DNA from: a virus
Taxonomy: Duplodnaviria; Caudoviricetes
Direction: 5' to 3' (one strand)
IMG/VR virus record: IMGVR_UViG_3300032212_000050
Coordinates: 1-41,106 of that record
Length of the DNA: 41,106 nt
In this document: piece by piece, positions 36,443 through 41,106 of the stretch
Position numbering within the stretch: position 1 is the first letter of the stretch
Layout of the letters: each line of letters begins with the position of its first letter
Made by a program: the position numbers and the translations under genes
The notes under the pieces: generated by a model
What the model saw: only the letters and a program-made list of their open reading frames with translations
Told to the model about the DNA's origin: nothing
The model's database searches: none

Positions 36443-36559
36443 CTAATTAAACAACTCATTGCAAGCATCACAACAATTAAACCCCTCTACAGTCTTGCCG
36501 TTTTCCTCTTTAGTGTCGTAGTGACAACCGCATTTAGGGCATAGTTTCTTATCAGACAT
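36443..36559 (-). CDS. 38-aa zinc-ribbon-like peptide (not in ORF track)
   Basis: CPKCG...CCDAC. Confidence 0.5.
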   Translation of the reverse strand: MSDKKLCPKCGCHYDTKEENGKTVEGFNCCDACNELFN

Positions 36560-36833
36560 TTTCTTTTTTCCATTTCCTAGTTACATTAACAACCTCACCA
36601 GCATCGTCACGCTCTTCTGATAATTCTGCGGTATATGTTGGTTTAACCATTCCAAAGTCTACAATATCTAAATCAGGTGAATATATTGTATAATTTATTG
36701 CATTTTCAATGTAACAAGATTCTGCGCGTAGGATCACACAATCTTTAAAAATAACATTTGCTACAATCAAAGGATCTTCATCTATTAACTTATGTGATAC
36801 TGTTACTTTCCCATATCTTGGTTTATGTTTCAT
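36552..36833 (-). CDS. Hypothetical phage protein (start MKHKPR)
   Basis: GGGGAG RBS before ATG 36833. Confidence 0.65.
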   Translation of the reverse strand: MKHKPRYGKVTVSHKLIDEDPLIVANVIFKDCVILRAESCYIENAINYTIYSPDLDIVDFGMVKPTYTAELSEERDDAGEVVNVTRKWKKENV

Positions 36834-36978
36834 ATTTTCTCTCCCCAATAAAAACGCGGGTTTTAATGTCATATACCCCGCTGGATTGCGCTTCACTATC
36901 TATTTGGTTGACTTACCCCGATAGCTGATTTGATGCCTTATTAGCCATTACGACACACTTACACGCAAGCCCATTGTA

Positions 36979-37278
36979 TTAGTCAGCGTTAAAAAGTTTT
37001 TCCTTTAGTAAATAACCCTCAAGAGGCCATATCTCACGGAAAGCATTATCGTAAGCAATCTTTTCGCCAAGCTCTTGATTATAATTATCAGGGTGAGCAC
37101 ACGCACTTTGGCCTGTAACCGTAAATCCGTTTTCAAGGGTTAGGTAGCAAATTGTATGAACCCCATTTACAACATATTTTACGTCTGTGATTTTTGATTT
37201 AATCTTATCGGGGGTCACTGTTTCATGCGGTCTTGATTCTAAAAGCTCATCTCTTTTTTTATTTGAAATTACACTCAT
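36979..37278 (-). CDS. Phage Gp49-family protein (N4 gp49/Sf6 gp66-like)
   Basis: TIC.LTLENGFTVTGQSACAHP.NYN.ELG.KIAY.NA...IWPLEGYLLK. Confidence 0.88.
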   Translation of the reverse strand: MSVISNKKRDELLESRPHETVTPDKIKSKITDVKYVVNGVHTICYLTLENGFTVTGQSACAHPDNYNQELGEKIAYDNAFREIWPLEGYLLKEKLFNAD

Positions 37279-37454
37279 TATATTAGTCCTTTTTCTAGTG
37301 CAAGCCATTCTGGAATGTAAACACATTTCTTTTTGTAATAAATGCGGCTTTGCGATTTTGGAATCCATATTTGCTCACTATCAATAGCGATTAGAAAGGC
37401 GGATTCCGTTTCCTTTTCTAATTCGTCAAATTCTACTCTTATGTAGTCGTCCAT
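37278..37454 (-). CDS. Conserved small phage protein, 58 aa (not in ORF track)
   Basis: ETESAFLI....WIPKSQ....IPEWLALEKGLI. Confidence 0.75.
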   Translation of the reverse strand: MDDYIRVEFDELEKETESAFLIAIDSEQIWIPKSQSRIYYKKKCVYIPEWLALEKGLI

Positions 37455-37455
37455 A

Positions 37456-37719
37456 TTATTTACCTATCATCACATTTTTTAATCCAAACACACACCAACC
37501 TTCTTTTTGTTGAAAGTTTGTCACATAAGATATTTCCGCGCTTATAACAGGGTAAGAGGTGTTGTAGCAGTTGTTTTCCCAAACTTGAAATATTACTTGG
37601 TCACACTTCTGGTATACCCTATCATTTATGCGTATTTCAAAGGTTTTATCTCCGTTTTTAACAGCATTATACGCATAAGGGTTTATCTTTAATTCATGTA
37701 TAGTTACGTTAATCGGCAT
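37456..37719 (-). CDS. DUF3850/ASCH (PUA-like) protein
   Basis: HELKI....YNAV..G.KTFEIR.NDR.YQ..D. Confidence 0.85.
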   Translation of the reverse strand: MPINVTIHELKINPYAYNAVKNGDKTFEIRINDRVYQKCDQVIFQVWENNCYNTSYPVISAEISYVTNFQQKEGWCVFGLKNVMIGK

Positions 37720-37721
37720 AT

Positions 37722-37892
37722 TTACTCCTCTATCACTTTTACACCATAGACTTTTTCGACTACTTGATCGAATACGTAAGTAGGGATAGATAAGGTAGGG
37801 GATTTTTCTTTAACCTCATCATCATCTATAAAAAGATCTATTGTTTTGCTTTCCTTATTCCATTTGAATGATTTAAAAACAACTCTTTCCAT
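37722..37892 (-). CDS. Hypothetical protein, 56 aa
   Basis: MERVVFKSFKW...; AGGAG RBS lies in the junction repeat. Confidence 0.55.
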   Translation of the reverse strand: MERVVFKSFKWNKESKTIDLFIDDDEVKEKSPTLSIPTYVFDQVVEKVYGVKVIEE

Positions 37893-37904
37893 CTCAATGC
37901 GCTC

Positions 37905-38084
37905 CTAAATCATTATTGCCGTAAACAAGGCTATGGTGAAATATAACGCACCAAGCATCACTTTTAATGTAGCTTCCTTTTCCTTACCTAGCCTCATAGT
38001 TGCCTCCCCTGCTAAAGTTTGAAATAACCCCGCTAGAATAAACAAATAAACACTTATCCAAAACATAATATCAATCACGGTCAT
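37905..38084 (-). CDS. 59-aa two-TM membrane protein
   Basis: MTVIDIMFWISVYLFILAGLF...; flanked by 16-bp direct repeats. Confidence 0.6.
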   Translation of the reverse strand: MTVIDIMFWISVYLFILAGLFQTLAGEATMRLGKEKEATLKVMLGALYFTIALFTAIMI

Positions 38085-38085
38085 A

Positions 38086-38202
38086 TCAATGCGCTCCTAA
38101 AAGTAAAACAAATAATAGTGCTAGTGGTACGGCTATAAATACTAACGATATTATCGAAAAGACTAACTGCCATATGTTGAAGTTTTTAAATAGTTTCATC
38201 AT
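38086..38202 (-). CDS. 38-aa single-TM peptide
   Basis: MMKLFKNFNIWQLVFSIISLVFIAVPLALLFVLLLGAH; AGGAG RBS. Confidence 0.55.
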   Translation of the reverse strand: MMKLFKNFNIWQLVFSIISLVFIAVPLALLFVLLLGAH

Positions 38203-38602
38203 TGCGCTCCTGATCTTTAATGAATCTTACATTATGATTCGTACCTAGAATTTCACACTCTTTATCAGAGGTATAAACAGTGTGAGTTACCTTGCATTCT
38301 CTAGGAACAATTCTACAGACAATCTTTTCTCCACAATCTTTTAATAAATGATAAGCCATTTCTTTAGCTTCAAACTCGTCCAACACACCGCAAATCACCG
38401 AATACAATTCTTCGTGAATTATATCGCCTTTTGCTTTTCTATAGTGGTGTAGAGTAAACCAATCTTTTGTAAGGGTAACATTTTCTTTGCCGTTACATGT
38501 TATAACCACTGGGTCACACGCATTAAAGATAACAGCTCTAACTTGAACGTCATATCCTGTAAATGTTGTTGTTCTTGTGTTAATTAAATTTTCTTCTTTC
38601 AT
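38186..38602 (-). CDS. Hypothetical protein
   Basis: 138-aa ORF, coupled. Confidence 0.6.
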   Translation of the reverse strand: MKEENLINTRTTTFTGYDVQVRAVIFNACDPVVITCNGKENVTLTKDWFTLHHYRKAKGDIIHEELYSVICGVLDEFEAKEMAYHLLKDCGEKIVCRIVPRECKVTHTVYTSDKECEILGTNHNVRFIKDQERNDETI

Positions 38603-38793
38603 GCTAATATATCCTCAAAGTTTTCGTCTAATACCTTTTGAAATTCAGGAGGACAATCTACTAAGCCCTCTATACAAAATTCCTTAATCCTATAATCAAG
38701 TTCATTCTGCCCCTTGGTGTAACCAAATACATAACCGAACGCCCAACCAGATATGAATGATATGAATACAAATGCTAGTGCTATCTCAATCAT
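38599..38793 (-). CDS. Small membrane protein flanked by direct repeats
   Basis: N-terminal TM; ends NFEDILA. Confidence 0.6.
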   Translation of the reverse strand: MIEIALAFVFISFISGWAFGYVFGYTKGQNELDYRIKEFCIEGLVDCPPEFQKVLDENFEDILA

Positions 38794-39296
38794 ACCAATA
38801 TATCCTCAAAGTTTTTCGTGCATTTCTCTAAGACTTCATTTATCAAAAGGCATCTGTGGGGAATAGAATTATCTTGTGGTGATACTTCCCAAGTTTTTAC
38901 AATATATGCTACATCGTCCTTTAAGCCCTCCAACTTACCTTTAAGTGCTTCAATCTCCTGTAACTGGCTGTCACATTGTTCTTGTAGTTGGGTGTTAGTG
39001 TCCACTCTATCACTTTTATTTTGCAAAGCCTCTGTTGCGATGTTTATAATTTCACAATACAAAGCGTCAAACTCTGCTGCAAGTGACACAGAATAATCGT
39101 TATTAGGGTTTTTTGGTGAGGTTGTGTCTACAATCTCCTTTAAAGCTATTCGCAGTTGGGAGTTAATGTCAGCGCGTATGTATTTGGTATAATTAAAATC
39201 AGCAATCCTTTTAGCATAAAACCAAAGACCTATTGTTCTAGGGTCTTCACTGATCCAAATTTCTTCTGGTATGTTATTTTCCATTTTCATACTCAC
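38790..39296 (-). CDS. Hypothetical phage protein
   Basis: PEEIWI...TKYIRAD motif; ends NFEDILV. Confidence 0.65.
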   Translation of the reverse strand: MSMKMENNIPEEIWISEDPRTIGLWFYAKRIADFNYTKYIRADINSQLRIALKEIVDTTSPKNPNNDYSVSLAAEFDALYCEIINIATEALQNKSDRVDTNTQLQEQCDSQLQEIEALKGKLEGLKDDVAYIVKTWEVSPQDNSIPHRCLLINEVLEKCTKNFEDILV

Positions 39297-39459
39297 TTTC
39301 TTTATTAGCAGCTATCTGCAAAGCTTCCTCGATCACATCATAATTAGCAGACATAAACACACCTAATTCGGTTTCATTTTGTGCGTGTCTGAACTCTAAG
39401 TCTTGTTCCATTGCGGTTAGTGTTTCATCAAATTTGTTCATTTGCTTTAAGCTCCTCAT
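39274..39459 (-). CDS. Hypothetical protein (start likely MNKFDE)
   Basis: ORF in array. Confidence 0.5.
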   Translation of the reverse strand: MRSLKQMNKFDETLTAMEQDLEFRHAQNETELGVFMSANYDVIEEALQIAANKESEYENGK

Positions 39460-39667
39460 GTTCGTTTAATAATCTAGCAATCAATTCAGCAGTTTCTTTT
39501 CTTGGCTCAACATATTCAGGCACTTCACATATTGGAAAGCCCATTGAAGAATTAGCACTACCATCTTCGTTAAGCCTCATTATCGAGCGTTGCATAACCT
39601 GACCACAATTATTAGCTCTAAACATTGGTTGTGCGTTGTTTTTTTCAACTTGTTCTTTCATACTCAT
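39428..39667 (-). CDS. Hypothetical protein
   Basis: ATGA-coupled ORF. Confidence 0.6.
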   Translation of the reverse strand: MSMKEQVEKNNAQPMFRANNCGQVMQRSIMRLNEDGSANSSMGFPICEVPEYVEPRKETAELIARLLNEHEELKANEQI

Positions 39668-39852
39668 TCTATCTCTCCCTTAACTCCTTTGCATTTATCA
39701 AGACTTGGCGCGTAGCTGTTATCCTCCGCACAGTACACGCAGGTTTGTTGTTCTGGGTGCTTAGTGTTTAACCACCAGCACCAACCAATTAAAGTAAAAA
39801 ACCCTAAACCTAAAATCATTAAACTTAAATCTGATACCTGATTATCACTCAT
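39664..39852 (-). CDS. Small membrane protein with Cys-rich C-terminus (paralog of 218-433)
   Basis: TM helix plus QTCVYCAEDNSYAPSLDKC. Confidence 0.75.
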   Translation of the reverse strand: MSDNQVSDLSLMILGLGFFTLIGWCWWLNTKHPEQQTCVYCAEDNSYAPSLDKCKGVKGEIE

Positions 39853-40244
39853 CGTTTTTCTCCATTATTGCTCTTAGCAAGAAGGGTTACACTTATCTCT
39901 TCAGCTTCGGTTAATTCCTTACCATTATCTCCGTAACAATTTTCTGCGGCTTCTATGACTAATTTACACAATTTGTCTACATCTTTTGAGCAACAAACTT
40001 CTTTGTCTCTCATATTTGGCTGTTTTTGAGAAGCTAGATGGTCTTTCGATTGCAAACCATAATCCACACATTTTTCAGCAAAATGATGCTTAGTAACTTT
40101 TTCTTGGGTTTGCTCAATGTATGCGCGGATTGTTTCAACCCATTGCTTGTATTTATCGAAGTGATGAAAATTGTTATCATCAACTCTCTTGGCGGCCGAA
40201 TGTAGTAAATCCAACGCCTTCAATGCTTCTGTTTTATCTGTCAT
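39849..40244 (-). CDS. Hypothetical protein (MTDKTE N-terminus)
   Basis: ATGA-coupled ORF. Confidence 0.65.
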   Translation of the reverse strand: MTDKTEALKALDLLHSAAKRVDDNNFHHFDKYKQWVETIRAYIEQTQEKVTKHHFAEKCVDYGLQSKDHLASQKQPNMRDKEVCCSKDVDKLCKLVIEAAENCYGDNGKELTEAEEISVTLLAKSNNGEKR

Positions 40245-41106
40245 TCCAACATCTCCTTAACCTTCTGTAGTTGTTCATCGGTTAATTCAAGTGTGATAGA
40301 TTTCTTCTTATCACCAGTTTCATTAACAATCCCATAGGCAACCTCACCACCGCCAATAATTTTAGAACATGTGACCGTCTTTTCTTCATCTTTTATTGTA
40401 TCGCCATGTGCATGTTTGTTACCATCACTAACAAGATAAACAATGTTACCATCCTCATCTTTGAGTTTTTTTACGTTATTACGTGTTGATACCACTCGAT
40501 GAAACAAGTTGTCAGTAAAATCAACTTCCACCCACTTACCACCCTCAACAATGTACCAACAATCAGGCTTTAATATCTTACCATCGACAATATCAGCTCT
40601 ACCGCCTACAGGGATACATTCACCGCCTTCTATTTTATATTCGGAAGCCATTAAAAGATTACCTAAATCACCCTTAACTGCTGCACGATACCCTAAAGCA
40701 GAGCAAGCCGAATTATCACCAGAACTTGCTGCTTTGCTGTAATCACCAGAGCTTGCTGCTTTACTGTGATTACCAGAGCTTACTGCTTTGCTGCAATCAC
40801 CAGAGCTTGCTGCTTTACTGTAATCACCAGAGCTTACTGCTTTGTTATTATAACCAGAGCTTGCTGCTTTGCTGTTATAACCAGAGCTTGCTGCTTTGCT
40901 GTAATCACCAGAACTTGCTGCTTTGCTGTAATCACCAGAGCTTGCTGCTTTGCTGTAATCACCAGAGCTTGCTGCTTTACTGTGATTACCAGAGCTTGCT
41001 GCTTTGCTGTTATAACCAGAGCTTGCTGCTTTGCTGTAATCACCAGAGCTTGCTGCTGTGCTGTAATCACCAGAGCTTGCTGCTTTACTGTGATTACCAG
41101 AGCTTT
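40241..41106 (-). CDS. 3' part of the 9-aa-repeat (SSGxxSKAA)n protein that starts at 221
   Basis: Open frame through the array into ALGYRAAVKGDLGNLLMASEY...VDGKILKPDCWY, a C-terminus typical of phage proteins with TG/SG..S.A repeats. Confidence 0.85.
   Translation of the reverse strand, partial: SSGNHSKAASSGDYSTAASSGDYSKAASSGYNSKAASSGNHSKAASSGDYSKAASSGDYSKAASSGDYSKAASSGYNSKAASSGYNNKAVSSGDYSKAASSGDCSKAVSSGNHSKAASSGDYSKAASSGDNSACSALGYRAAVKGDLGNLLMASEYKIEGGECIPVGGRADIVDGKILKPDCWYIVEGGKWVEVDFTDNLFHRVVSTRNNVKKLKDEDGNIVYLVSDGNKHAHGDTIKDEEKTVTCSKIIGGGEVAYGIVNETGDKKKSITLELTDEQLQKVKEMLE
40713..41104. repeat. 27-bp coding tandem repeat, 15 units
   Basis: ACC of each unit recurs every 27 nt from 40718 to 41096; consensus ACCAGAGCTTGCTGCTTTGCTGTAATC. 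Confidence 0.95.

Noticed and set aside
37391-37421. Inverted repeat TTAGAAAGG...CCTTTTCTAA as a terminator
   Set aside because: It lies inside the 37278-37454 coding sequence and has no U-tract in the sense direction.
40713-41106. CRISPR array
   Set aside because: The 27-bp units are contiguous with no unique spacers, keep one open frame, and no cas genes are present.
1-41106. tRNA genes or stop-codon reassignment
   Set aside because: No cloverleaf with T-loop/D-loop consensus was seen by eye, and core genes are full length under the standard code with TAA, TAG and TGA all used as stops.

Overview
The window is an apparently complete, circularly assembled dsDNA phage genome of about 40,979 bp; positions 1-127 repeat exactly at 40980-41106. 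The virion module is podovirus-like with P22-type gene order. The SSB sequence style suggests an alphaproteobacterial host, but that is inference only. The + strand from about 10.1 to 36.3 kb carries TerS/TerL, portal, GroES, scaffold, major capsid protein, head-tail and DNA-injection proteins, three receptor-binding-like proteins and a GH108 lysis cassette. The rest holds mostly minus-strand early genes: ERF, Gp157 and SSB, a + strand RusA/NinB block, Cro-like and RHH regulators, a SleB-type hydrolase, and a long array of tiny genes joined by repeated junction sequences. I could not recognise an integrase, CI repressor, polymerase, primase, helicase or full-length initiator. Most notable: (1) a TerS-N-terminus/GIY-YIG nuclease fusion next to a TerL whose last nuclease Asp appears replaced by Ser; (2) a divergent protein-isoaspartate methyltransferase and an E3-binding (PSBD) domain fusion inside the head operon; (3) a ~430-nt promoter-driven, hairpin-rich non-coding region plus a tiny initiator-C-terminus-like gene where the replication genes would normally sit; (4) RBS-containing direct repeats at successive gene junctions; (5) an apparent ATC start codon. 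All family calls come from motifs read by eye; no searches were run.
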